DNA of 54,215 nucleotides from a virus (lineage: Duplodnaviria > Caudoviricetes). Shown piece after piece: positions 7,793-16,253 of the stretch (the first letter of the stretch is position 1; every line of letters starts with the position of its first letter). The notes beneath the pieces were generated by a model, which was not told the DNA's origin, did not search any database, and saw nothing but the letters and a program-made list of their open reading frames with translations. The translations under genes were made by a program, and so were the position numbers. The stretch is from the IMG/VR virus record IMGVR_UViG_3300044961_000053, positions 1 to 54,215 of that record; one strand, 5' to 3'.

Positions 7793-7876
7793 GTACATGC
7801 ACCGTAAGCGTACTACGGTATCCGCTGCAATGCGGATAACTCCTTGAACCTGAGCCGGCAGGGTGTACGCACCGGC
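7793..7876 (+). ncRNA. Candidate structured RNA (tRNA-sized four-way junction)
   Basis: Closing stem GTACAT/GTGTAC plus three internal hairpins; starts at the base after the tRNA-Arg CCA. Confidence 0.4.
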
Positions 7877-7899
7877 ACTTATTGAATGGAAATCGCAAA

Positions 7900-8109
7900 A
7901 TGAATATCAACATAATGGCTTCTGCGTTTCGTTTAAACGTAACGCAAATAGATGGGGTAGACATGGCATCTATAGGTACCGAGCGTTACTATTCGTTTAT
8001 TAGTAACGTGTGCCAAATTTACAACCGCTCATGGATTCATATAAATAGCGGCCACTTACACGATATGTCTAGTGTACAATATTTTGAAGGTAGCGGCCAC
8101 AAAGAATAA
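7900..8109 (+). CDS. Small hypothetical protein (~69 aa)
   Basis: ORF fills the gap before tRNA-Leu; start uncertain. Confidence 0.4.
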   Translation: MNINIMASAFRLNVTQIDGVDMASIGTERYYSFISNVCQIYNRSWIHINSGHLHDMSSVQYFEGSGHKE

Positions 8110-8115
8110 AATTGC

Positions 8116-8200
8116 GGGGCTGTGGCGAAATAGGTAAACGCAGCGGACTTAAAATCCGCCGACTTCGGTCTTAAGGGTTCGATTCCCTTCAGCCCCACCA
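8116..8200 (+). tRNA. tRNA-Leu (TAA)
   Basis: Acceptor GGGGCTG/CAGCCCC, GCGGA-CTTAAAA-TCCGC, long variable arm, TTCGATT T-loop, CCA. Confidence 0.95.
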
Positions 8201-8230
8201 TATCAAAGACATTAGTAGGACCAATTATTT

Positions 8231-8443
8231 ATGCCTAATCAAAAGTCAAAAATTAGCGGCGTACAATATACGCTGATTAGAGAAAGGGATGCAAAGTACA
8301 GTATATTTTTGAACAGTCGCGTTTCCAGCTTTAGTGTGTGCGACTTTGTTATAAAAAATAGAAAATTAGTCTGTTATTTCAGAACTACAAAAGTTAACAG
8401 TTCCCCTGTAAGTACAGGGTGTGAAATAGCTTTAGTAGGGTAG
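8231..8443 (+). CDS. Small basic hypothetical protein (70 aa)
   Basis: AGGA SD, AT-rich ORF. Confidence 0.45.
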   Translation: MPNQKSKISGVQYTLIRERDAKYSIFLNSRVSSFSVCDFVIKNRKLVCYFRTTKVNSSPVSTGCEIALVG

Positions 8444-8450
8444 AACCAAC

Positions 8451-8669
8451 ATGAAGATGCACTTAGGTGTATCGTATGTTAGGTCTACAAGAATGGACTA
8501 CTTGATAGTAGATAAAACACAAGTAGTTTCAGTAGACGTAAGCAGAATAAGTACGCTATATTACAATCGTACTCGTTCGAGTACATCGAATTCAAGTGCG
8601 TTTTTAGGACACTTTGTAACTTGGCTTAGAAACGCATTCACTATTTCAAAAATTGAATGTCAGATTTAG
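8451..8669 (+). CDS. Small hypothetical protein (72 aa)
   Basis: Packed between neighbouring ORFs. Confidence 0.45.
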   Translation: MKMHLGVSYVRSTRMDYLIVDKTQVVSVDVSRISTLYYNRTRSSTSNSSAFLGHFVTWLRNAFTISKIECQI

Positions 8670-9031
8670 ATTGGTCTAATTGTTTGAAACAGTTGGGTGC
8701 GTGTCGGTCCTATGCCGATGACGCGGATGAGACAGTCTCGGCCAGAGTGGCGTGGGAACGCTGCGTAGACCCGCACAGGCTCGCGTGGCTGCTGGCCCGC
8801 CTCGGATACGGGCGGACTGTCGAAAGAGTTGTACAGCCCGTCATAGCGTGGCTCAACCCCGGTTCAGTCGAGGACTGCCAGACTCCCGAGGAAGCCGCCG
8901 AGCTGCTCGGTATCGCTGTGGGAAGGTCATACGGCAAACCCGGATATTGGGAAATAACTGACAAACTAAAATCGTTGTTCACTTACGAACAAGTTGAAGA
9001 AGCCATGAGGAGAGTTATAAATGGAAGATGA
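8657..9031 (+). CDS. Hypothetical protein (124 aa)
   Basis: LxxLGAC N-terminal motif common in phage proteins; overlaps neighbours. Confidence 0.7.
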   Translation: MSDLDWSNCLKQLGACRSYADDADETVSARVAWERCVDPHRLAWLLARLGYGRTVERVVQPVIAWLNPGSVEDCQTPEEAAELLGIAVGRSYGKPGYWEITDKLKSLFTYEQVEEAMRRVINGR

Positions 9032-9335
9032 AACCGAAGCCAAGGTTGAATTGTTTGGAAAATCATTTGAAGCACTGTCTGCTAATTGTACAGACGGATT
9101 GCATTTTATTTTAATGCTTGACTGTAAAGAAGAAAAACAGATTACTCAACAATTAGAAGGTTTAGCCTATTTAATGTACGTTTATACTACGCTTGTTAGC
9201 TATAAACTTGGAGGTCGCAGTTTGTCTGTTACAGAAATACTAAATATAGTTTCAAAATTAGAGGAAGCTCACGTTATTTACAACAAACTTTCAGGTATCG
9301 AGGATGAACAATCCAACGCTGCCAATGTACATTGA
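9021..9335 (+). CDS. Hypothetical protein (104 aa)
   Basis: GAGGAG SD. Confidence 0.7.
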   Translation: MEDETEAKVELFGKSFEALSANCTDGLHFILMLDCKEEKQITQQLEGLAYLMYVYTTLVSYKLGGRSLSVTEILNIVSKLEEAHVIYNKLSGIEDEQSNAANVH

Positions 9336-10917
9336 AGGCCGTATATGGATGACAGCCTCGTTATTTCAGTATTTAGAGAGTCGATTCCATATAAGTCAAA
9401 TCTTGTCGGTCGAGCAGACCCACAAAGATGCAGTATCGATTCCGTACACTACAAATGCAGTATCGTTCCTCTACAACGCTTTAGGCACTTCGCCTCAACT
9501 ATTAGAAGTCTTACCCACCCCATTAAGTTTGTCCGTGACACAAGGTACGTGGACGTACTCGGGGACTCATCCGCCTATGCGTCATCAAAAAGTTACGTCG
9601 GAGTTTATCACCCTGCATGACGACATATTTGTATTTAACGATCCGGGTACAGGTAAGACACGATCCGTAATTTGGGCAATAGACTATCTACAAAAGTTTT
9701 GTAATGTTAAAAAAGTTTTAGTTGCTTGTCCAATATCAGTGCAGCCTGAATGGATGCGAGAGTTTTTTGAAGCGGCTCCGCACATTAGAGTCGCCAATTT
9801 ATTTGGCGACAAGAAAAACAAACTCAAAGCATTAGAACTTAATGCTGACGTAGACATCATCAATCACCATGGACTTGCAGTATTAAAAGACAAACTGATT
9901 GCTAAGCGTTATGACATGCTAGTAATCGACGAAGCAACAAGAAATTTCAAGTCTACTAGAACTAACGTTTACAAAGCAGCCGTTGCGATACGTAAGTCCA
10001 AACCTATGCGTACAGTCATTATGACTGGTACGCCTATGGCAAACAGCTTAATGGATGCGTATCCTTTGTTACATATGCTGTATCCTACGTTATCCGTTGC
10101 GCGTAACAAGGATGCGTTTCAAAACACTTTCATGTACAAACAAGGCCCATTTAAATGGGTACCAAAGCAAGGTGCATTAGAACGAGTTAAAGAGTTTTTG
10201 CGTCCAGTGGTGCGCTTTGCAGCCGAAGATTGTATAGACTTACCTGAACTTGTGTATGTTAATCGTCATGCTGAACTAACTAAAGAACAACGAGTGTATT
10301 TCAATGAAATGAAAGACTCGTTTGAAATGCACCATCCAGACGGACAGGTGCGAGCTATAACGTCCGCAACTAAAGCAACGAAATTGTTACAAATCTTGGC
10401 GGGCGCGGTAAAGAAGTCTGACCAGTCCGGCGAGGCCATCACTATACTTCCTGAACCTCGATTAAACGTAGTGCTTGACATTCTGGAAGGAACGCAAGGG
10501 CAGGTGTTGATCTTCTCACCGTTCCTTGCTACGATACCCTTACTGCTACAAGCCTTGCATGGCGCAGGCTACGAGGCGAAAGCAGTGTACGGAGCAACAA
10601 GTGCCGGAGAGAGGGCTACGACGTTCCAAGAGTTTCGGCAAGGACGCTACAAGGCGCTGGTCTGCCATCCTGATGTTGCAAGTCATGGGTTGACATTAGT
10701 TAACGCAAAGGCTACTGTGTGGTACAGTCCGGTCTACAATCAAGAGACATACGCACAAGCAAACAAGCGTATGCACCGCAAGGGACAAGTAGACCGAACT
10801 GTTGTGTATAACATTGGCGCTCATCCGTTGGAGTGGAAAGTCTATGACCTACTGAAAAAGAAAGAAGCCGTTCAACAAGAGTTGTTTAATCTTTTCCAAA
10901 ATCACATTGAGGACTAA
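9304..10917 (+). CDS. SNF2-family (SF2) helicase
   Basis: DPGTGKT, VIDEA, MTGTP, HGLTL, QANKRMHRKGQ motifs. Confidence 0.92.
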   Translation: MNNPTLPMYIEGRIWMTASLFQYLESRFHISQILSVEQTHKDAVSIPYTTNAVSFLYNALGTSPQLLEVLPTPLSLSVTQGTWTYSGTHPPMRHQKVTSEFITLHDDIFVFNDPGTGKTRSVIWAIDYLQKFCNVKKVLVACPISVQPEWMREFFEAAPHIRVANLFGDKKNKLKALELNADVDIINHHGLAVLKDKLIAKRYDMLVIDEATRNFKSTRTNVYKAAVAIRKSKPMRTVIMTGTPMANSLMDAYPLLHMLYPTLSVARNKDAFQNTFMYKQGPFKWVPKQGALERVKEFLRPVVRFAAEDCIDLPELVYVNRHAELTKEQRVYFNEMKDSFEMHHPDGQVRAITSATKATKLLQILAGAVKKSDQSGEAITILPEPRLNVVLDILEGTQGQVLIFSPFLATIPLLLQALHGAGYEAKAVYGATSAGERATTFQEFRQGRYKALVCHPDVASHGLTLVNAKATVWYSPVYNQETYAQANKRMHRKGQVDRTVVYNIGAHPLEWKVYDLLKKKEAVQQELFNLFQNHIED

Positions 10918-10922
10918 CTAAC

Positions 10923-11291
10923 ATGCTTAACTTCCAAGTGTTTGACAATATAGCCGTTCCCAAGACTGTGCGTGACACTAGCCATCTGCGTGGTGGCGGC
11001 GGTCGCAAGGCGATCTATCCGTTTGACCAGCTTGATGCTCCGGGTAAGGCAGCGTTCATTCCGCTGGAGCAGACTAAGGGACTCAAGGCTGTCACGTCGG
11101 CTGCAAATGCGTTTGCGAAGCGGACTGGTAGATATGTCTACGTTCGTCTCATTAACGAACAGACTGCGGCTAAGGACGAAACGACGGCACAAATCTTGCA
11201 GGCGTTTGACGGCGTGCCGCAGATTGGACTGTTCTACCGCGATCCGACTACGGTCAAGCCGCGTAAGCCGAGAACGTCGAAGGCGGCGTAA
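10923..11291 (+). CDS. Basic hypothetical protein (YPF motif), possibly DNA-binding
   Basis: GGGGRKAIYPFDQL motif; GAGGA SD. Confidence 0.7.
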   Translation: MLNFQVFDNIAVPKTVRDTSHLRGGGGRKAIYPFDQLDAPGKAAFIPLEQTKGLKAVTSAANAFAKRTGRYVYVRLINEQTAAKDETTAQILQAFDGVPQIGLFYRDPTTVKPRKPRTSKAA

Positions 11292-11295
11292 TTCA

Positions 11296-11324
11296 TTCAC
11301 TGTTAAGCTCCGTGCTCGTATACT
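11296..11324 (+). promoter_or_regulatory. Sigma70-like promoter TTCACT-N17-TATACT
   Basis: Intergenic position and canonical spacing. Confidence 0.45.
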
Positions 11325-11344
11325 GAACGAGCGCGAATGGCGGC

Positions 11345-11375
11345 ACCGCAGCGCTGAGCGAACTGCGGTTTTTCT
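11345..11375 (+). terminator. Intrinsic terminator
   Basis: ACCGCAG/CTGCGGT stem followed by TTTTCT. Confidence 0.6.
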
Positions 11376-11387
11376 ATTGGGAGTTTT

Positions 11388-11729
11388 ATGGAACGCCCAT
11401 ATCGTCTTGGTGGAAAGACTTATAAGGTCCGAGCGCCTCATATCGAAGGCGCTATTTATATCACCATAAACAATGATGAAAAAGGAAATCCTGTTGAGTT
11501 ATTTGCTAACACTCGAAACGCGGAGAGTGTCGCATGGCTCACAGCGGTTACGCGCTTGGCCACTATGGTGCTCTCTAATGGCGGCGACGCAAAAGCCGTT
11601 GCGAGAGAACTCAAATCAGTATTCGATCCGCGAGGAGGTTACTACGGAAACGGTGGGCATTTAACACTGTCTGTAGTAGCTGAGGTTGGTAGTCTACTTG
11701 AACGTCACATAGGAGATAGTAATGAATGA
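11388..11729 (+). CDS. TSCPD-domain protein (class II RNR C-terminal / NrdJb-like)
   Basis: GKTYKV...IYITIN...PVELF...AVTRL...ELKSVFDPRGGY...SVVAEVG. Confidence 0.78.
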   Translation: MERPYRLGGKTYKVRAPHIEGAIYITINNDEKGNPVELFANTRNAESVAWLTAVTRLATMVLSNGGDAKAVARELKSVFDPRGGYYGNGGHLTLSVVAEVGSLLERHIGDSNE

Positions 11730-12267
11730 CTTAGCTAATCCCACGAATGCGCAGATTTTAAATCGCATTGACCTGTTAGAACAGCGCATCTTAGCCGCTC
11801 TTGGCAATGGTGAGAGTTCTAATAGACCTTTGCCGGAGTACATGACCGCGCCGTTGACTGAGGACGGAATGTATACACCGTCTTATTTACTAGAACTGAA
11901 TGAAACGGTGAGAAAAAATCATCCGTCAGGGTGGCTCAGTGCGTCTACTCGATTCCGTAACGCACCTGTTCAGTTAATTCGGTCCGTGTTCTGGTCTCAA
12001 GTCGTTAGACATCGACTCGAAAATGACTCTTTGATTGTTGGGAGATTCGAGGCAGAAAAGAACAGAGTCTTTTCTTTAGCGATTAGTTACTACGGTTCTG
12101 GAGTGTATATCATTCCATTAAACTATCCACCAGCTAACGAACCTTTTGGAATGTTCGATATTATCGTTCCGGGTTCTTATGTTGCAAATGTGCAAGATCC
12201 TATTGTTACAGACTCGCAATTGAAGTCTGCTATTGAACGATTCTATCAAGGAGCGGGCTACCTTTAA
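11722..12267 (+). CDS. Hypothetical protein (181 aa)
   Basis: AGGAG SD, overlaps the upstream stop. Confidence 0.75.
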   Translation: MNDLANPTNAQILNRIDLLEQRILAALGNGESSNRPLPEYMTAPLTEDGMYTPSYLLELNETVRKNHPSGWLSASTRFRNAPVQLIRSVFWSQVVRHRLENDSLIVGRFEAEKNRVFSLAISYYGSGVYIIPLNYPPANEPFGMFDIIVPGSYVANVQDPIVTDSQLKSAIERFYQGAGYL

Positions 12268-12338
12268 TTGAAACGCAAGGTCGCTGCGCAGACTTTCGAG
12301 CGCCCGCCCGGTGCGACCAGCGGGCATTGGAGCCTCTC

Positions 12339-12614
12339 ATGCCGCGTCCACGTCAGCGCAAACTTCCTAGTGCAATAACCGCCTACATACGTGTACTGTC
12401 TCATAGAATTAGAATGGGCGAGATTGTACTTCCGATTTCTATATATTTGTCGCCTTCTGGAAATCGAATCTCTACAGTCAACAAATTGAATTGGAACAAG
12501 ATTGTCACGGTGGAGGATGTCGATCTTGCAGACTTTGAAATTCTCTACAGTGACGTAGAGACAGCCATAAACTCACCCTATAGGGATATACTAGACAATG
12601 TGGCTAGTAGTTGA
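12339..12614 (+). CDS. Hypothetical protein (91 aa)
   Basis: GGAG SD before the ATG at 12339. Confidence 0.6.
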   Translation: MPRPRQRKLPSAITAYIRVLSHRIRMGEIVLPISIYLSPSGNRISTVNKLNWNKIVTVEDVDLADFEILYSDVETAINSPYRDILDNVASS

Positions 12615-14430
12615 CTTTGAAACCTACTATGATGATACGTACTCTCTTAAAAACTTAACTACGCAGGAATACGTTTACAGCGATTCTTTCAAAATTCATG
12701 GAGTAGGAATTGCACTACTTGATTGTTTGAACGATGCTCCAATCGAGCCTGCATATATTCCATGGACTTGTTCTGACGATTTCTTTAAAGTAATCGGTGA
12801 ACTTACAGCAAACTATCCGCTTGTAGTAGTTTGTCATAACACGCTGTTTGACGGAACAATTCTAGCAAAACTAGGAATACGTCCGGAGTTATTTGTTGAT
12901 ACTGCGGCCATGTCACGAGCCGTATTGGGCAATCTTTTAAAGTCGCATTCACTTAATTCAGTTGCTGAATACTTGTTTGGTGAGTCCAAGACTGATGGAC
13001 TTGTGCATACTAAAGGCATGCGTGAGTTACCATCGGACTTGCATACTAAACTTGCGGAGTATTGTTGTAAAGACGTAGAACTTACGGCAAGAATTACAAG
13101 AGAACTATACAAGTTCATGCCACAGACTGAGTTTATTGTGTCTGATCTAGTTACTAGAATGGCTACAGAACCGGCTCTTGTAATTGACAAAGAGCTTATC
13201 GAAAGCTACTACCAAAGAGTTATAGAACGAAAGAAAACAGCTCTAGTTAGAGCTGGCATAAACGATCCAAAACAGCTACGTAGTAGAGAGGCTTTTGCAA
13301 ACGCTTTGCGTTTACTAGGCGTAGAGCCCCCAACTAAGATTTCGCCTACGACTGGCGAAGTAACTTATGCTTTTGCTAAAAACGACGAAGGCTTAAAAGA
13401 GCTAATGAGCCATCCAAATTCGGATGTACAAGCCTTAGTCGCTGCAAAACTCGAAGCATCAAGTACTATCGAAGAAACTCGCGCTGCCAAGTTTCTTCGT
13501 CTAGCCGAACTCGGCCCTTTGAGTATTCCCTATCGGTTCTCCGGCGCTGTACAGACTCACCGTCTGTCGGGCAGTGACGGGCTGAACATGCAGAATCTGC
13601 CGCGTGGCGGCGGCCTACGCGCCGCTTTGCGGGCGCCGAAGGGGTACACACTGGTCGTCTCGGACCTGTCTCAGATCGAGCTACGAGTGACGCTGGCCAT
13701 GGCGGGACAGACTGACGCGCTTGAAGTTCTTCGTTCCGGTCAGGATTTGTATATATGGTTTGCAGAAAAAATGTATGGGAGGAAAATTGATCCAGAAGTC
13801 GATGCTGGAAAACGTCAAATTGCTAAATCAGCGGTCCTCGGCTGTGGTTTCGGTATGGGTGCCGCAAGATTCGCGGACTATTGCAAAACGTCGGGAGTCC
13901 ACATTACTTCCGAAGATGCGGATGCGATCGTCCAGAATTTCCGCGCAACGTTTAGCCGAGTACCGGTGTTGTGGAAGAATTTGGAACAAATCTTTTCCGA
14001 ATTTAAGGCCGGGAAATTTAAATCAATCCCTGTCGAATTTGGCCACGCCGGTTACGGAAACCATTATGGTTTTCGACTTCCGTGTGGTTTGCGAGTCAAA
14101 TATCCAAACCTTAGACGGGGAAATAACGGATTGGAATTTGAGTCGTCCGGTGCTAAAGAACATTTGTTCGGCGGTAAGATCGCAGAGAACTTAGCACAAT
14201 CGTTAGCACGCAACATACTGTTCGATAAAGTTCTAGACATTGCGAAAGAAGTACCTGCAAAGCTAGTGATGACAACGCATGACGAGCTAGTGTATGTTGT
14301 AGAAAATTCTGTACTCGATCGAGCAGTTCTTGAGATCGACAGGATTATGAATAGTCCTGTTGAGTGGTGGCCAGACGTTCCTCTGGCGTCGAAAACTAAG
14401 TATGCAATTTACTATGGAGACGTAAAATGA
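12598..14430 (+). CDS. polA: Family A DNA polymerase with 3'-5' exonuclease
   Basis: DFET, HNTLFD, YCCKD exonuclease motifs; NMQNLPR, SDLSQIELR, RQIAKSAVLGCGFG, THDE polymerase motifs. Confidence 0.95.
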   Translation: MWLVVDFETYYDDTYSLKNLTTQEYVYSDSFKIHGVGIALLDCLNDAPIEPAYIPWTCSDDFFKVIGELTANYPLVVVCHNTLFDGTILAKLGIRPELFVDTAAMSRAVLGNLLKSHSLNSVAEYLFGESKTDGLVHTKGMRELPSDLHTKLAEYCCKDVELTARITRELYKFMPQTEFIVSDLVTRMATEPALVIDKELIESYYQRVIERKKTALVRAGINDPKQLRSREAFANALRLLGVEPPTKISPTTGEVTYAFAKNDEGLKELMSHPNSDVQALVAAKLEASSTIEETRAAKFLRLAELGPLSIPYRFSGAVQTHRLSGSDGLNMQNLPRGGGLRAALRAPKGYTLVVSDLSQIELRVTLAMAGQTDALEVLRSGQDLYIWFAEKMYGRKIDPEVDAGKRQIAKSAVLGCGFGMGAARFADYCKTSGVHITSEDADAIVQNFRATFSRVPVLWKNLEQIFSEFKAGKFKSIPVEFGHAGYGNHYGFRLPCGLRVKYPNLRRGNNGLEFESSGAKEHLFGGKIAENLAQSLARNILFDKVLDIAKEVPAKLVMTTHDELVYVVENSVLDRAVLEIDRIMNSPVEWWPDVPLASKTKYAIYYGDVK

Positions 14431-14699
14431 AACGTAAACTGAAAACTAAAGAAGTTGTAAATGACGTGGAAGTTATTTGCCCGCCTGCAATCGTTCCTGA
14501 AACGGTAACTAATCACACCTCTACGGAAACTACGTTGTTGCTTTATAAAGGTAGGATTCTTAATACAATTGTTAAACAGCAGTATTCAACTCATAGTGTT
14601 TATAGTTGCGAAGGAAGGGACTACATTACATTAGACGATGCAATTAAGCACGAGACGGATCGTTTAATGTCTCGAATTTTTGACGGTTCTTGTTTATAA
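14427..14699 (+). CDS. Hypothetical protein (90 aa)
   Basis: ATGA coupling, GGAG SD. Confidence 0.65.
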   Translation: MKRKLKTKEVVNDVEVICPPAIVPETVTNHTSTETTLLLYKGRILNTIVKQQYSTHSVYSCEGRDYITLDDAIKHETDRLMSRIFDGSCL

Positions 14700-14707
14700 A
14701 GTATACT
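14680..14707 (+). promoter_or_regulatory. Sigma70-like promoter TTGACG-N16-TATACT
   Basis: Directly upstream of the nuclease/SSB cluster. Confidence 0.55.
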
Positions 14708-14710
14708 GCC

Positions 14711-15379
14711 TTGAAAATTCCTACTCTTTCTCACTCGCTTCTCGCGGCATATGAAACGTGCCCTCGTCAGTGCTACGAGATTCGTATTGCTAAAAATTTT
14801 GTGGAACCCGAATCACAACACATTATTTGGGGTAACTATGTTCATAAATGTCTTGAGGAGCGGGTGGGAAAGAGCGTTCCTTTGCCAGAAAACACCGCGC
14901 ACTTAGAGCCGCTAGCTACGTATTTATGTAGTTTATCCGGAGCTAGATACTGTGAACTTAAGCTAGCAATTGATGATAAAGGCTCGTCAGTAGAGTTCTT
15001 CGATAAACGCGCTTGGTTTCGTGGTGTTGCAGATTTGCTAATTGTAGATGGCAGTCGTGGCTCGGTATACGACTACAAAACTGGCAAACCTGTCAAAGAC
15101 GACAATCAGTTAGCCGCAATGGCGTTGCTTACGTTTGCTAAATATCCACAGATAGAAGAACTTGTTGCAGCATTTTTGTACCTTAAGTATGACGACGCTG
15201 TTGATACTTACTTCACTCGTGACCAGATACCTCAGCTTTTAGAAAGTATACGGAGTCGTGGAAGTAATATACTGCATAGCGTAGAAACTGGTACTTGGTA
15301 TCCTAAACCGAGTGGGCTTTGTAAAAATCACTGTGCTGTAGTCACCTGTGAATATAATGGGAGACGCAAAAATGGGTGA
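14711..15379 (+). CDS. Cas4/RecB-like PD-(D/E)XK exonuclease
   Basis: SHS...CPR, GNYVH, RGVAD, DYKTG, QL; C-terminal CKNHC..C; start uncertain (TTG). Confidence 0.85.
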   Translation: MKIPTLSHSLLAAYETCPRQCYEIRIAKNFVEPESQHIIWGNYVHKCLEERVGKSVPLPENTAHLEPLATYLCSLSGARYCELKLAIDDKGSSVEFFDKRAWFRGVADLLIVDGSRGSVYDYKTGKPVKDDNQLAAMALLTFAKYPQIEELVAAFLYLKYDDAVDTYFTRDQIPQLLESIRSRGSNILHSVETGTWYPKPSGLCKNHCAVVTCEYNGRRKNG

Positions 15380-15686
15380 GAAGCTAGTCAAAGCCCAGAT
15401 AAAAAGAATGCTTGACGCATACAAACCCCATATTTGGTATTTTATGCCGTATATGACCGGAATGGGCCGCGCTGGCATTCCTGATTTTATAATTAATTGT
15501 GCGGGCAAGTTTATTGCTGTCGAAGCTAAAGCAAGTCCGGAAAAGTCTCCGACCAGCATTCAGCAGCGCGAGCTTTCAGCTATCCTTCAGGCTGGCGGCG
15601 TATCACTGGTGATCCATTCAGAGAACCTTAAGGATTTGTCGGATACTCTAAACGATATACTAGGATTGGAGCGAACTGATGTCTGA
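15372..15686 (+). CDS. VRR-NUC nuclease / Holliday junction resolvase
   Basis: E..VK, GIPDF, AVEAK, PT..Q motifs. Confidence 0.85.
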   Translation: MGEKLVKAQIKRMLDAYKPHIWYFMPYMTGMGRAGIPDFIINCAGKFIAVEAKASPEKSPTSIQQRELSAILQAGGVSLVIHSENLKDLSDTLNDILGLERTDV

Positions 15687-16071
15687 CGAAGTGACAACCG
15701 ACGAGTTGATTTCCGCGTATCTCGATTTACGTTCATACCGTTCGGATTTAAAAAAGAAATACGAAGCAGACGACGCAGTGTATAAGTCTCAAATGGAGAC
15801 GATTGAGTTAGAGCTTCATAAGCGATTGCTGGAAGGCGGAGTAAAGAGTTTTGGCGGTTCTCGTGGTACAAGCTATCTTGAACTTAAAACTCGCGCTCGT
15901 GCTGATGACTGGAGTCTGGCTCACGACTTCATGGCTAAAAATGGCAGACTTGACATGCTGCAACGTAGACTAAGTGATTCAGTGATTAAGCAATTTATCG
16001 AAGAAACCGGAATGACACCGCCGGGTATTTCGGTGTTCCAAGAGTATGAGGTTGTAGTGAGGGCAAAATGA
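15679..16071 (+). CDS. Conserved phage replication-cluster protein (coiled coil, 130 aa)
   Basis: GGAG SD; DW...LQRRLS...PPG pattern. Confidence 0.75.
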   Translation: MSDEVTTDELISAYLDLRSYRSDLKKKYEADDAVYKSQMETIELELHKRLLEGGVKSFGGSRGTSYLELKTRARADDWSLAHDFMAKNGRLDMLQRRLSDSVIKQFIEETGMTPPGISVFQEYEVVVRAK

Positions 16072-16253
16072 TTACTGACCATCGCGCTAAAGTTAGTAGA
16101 ATTGAGAACGGATTTTTAGTCGAGCTTGAAGGCAATCAAGTAAGAGGAGATAAGGTATCTTACTATAGAAAAGAAATTTTCTGTAAGAATCTAGAAAAAG
16201 TTAGCGAAGTTCTCGAATCATTCATGCCAAGCGTGGAGGTGGAAAATGAGTGA
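16068..16253 (+). CDS. Hypothetical protein (61 aa)
   Basis: ATGA coupling; IENGFLV motif. Confidence 0.7.
   Translation: MITDHRAKVSRIENGFLVELEGNQVRGDKVSYYRKEIFCKNLEKVSEVLESFMPSVEVENE

Noticed and set aside
12568-12586. T7/T3-like promoter (AACTCACCCTATAGGGA)
   Set aside because: Single occurrence seen and no phage RNA polymerase is encoded
12598-14430. DpoZ polymerase / Z-base genome
   Set aside because: No purZ, datZ or mazZ-like genes are visible
14711-15379. CRISPR-associated Cas4
   Set aside because: Solo Cas4-like nuclease in a replication cluster, common in phages; no array or cas1
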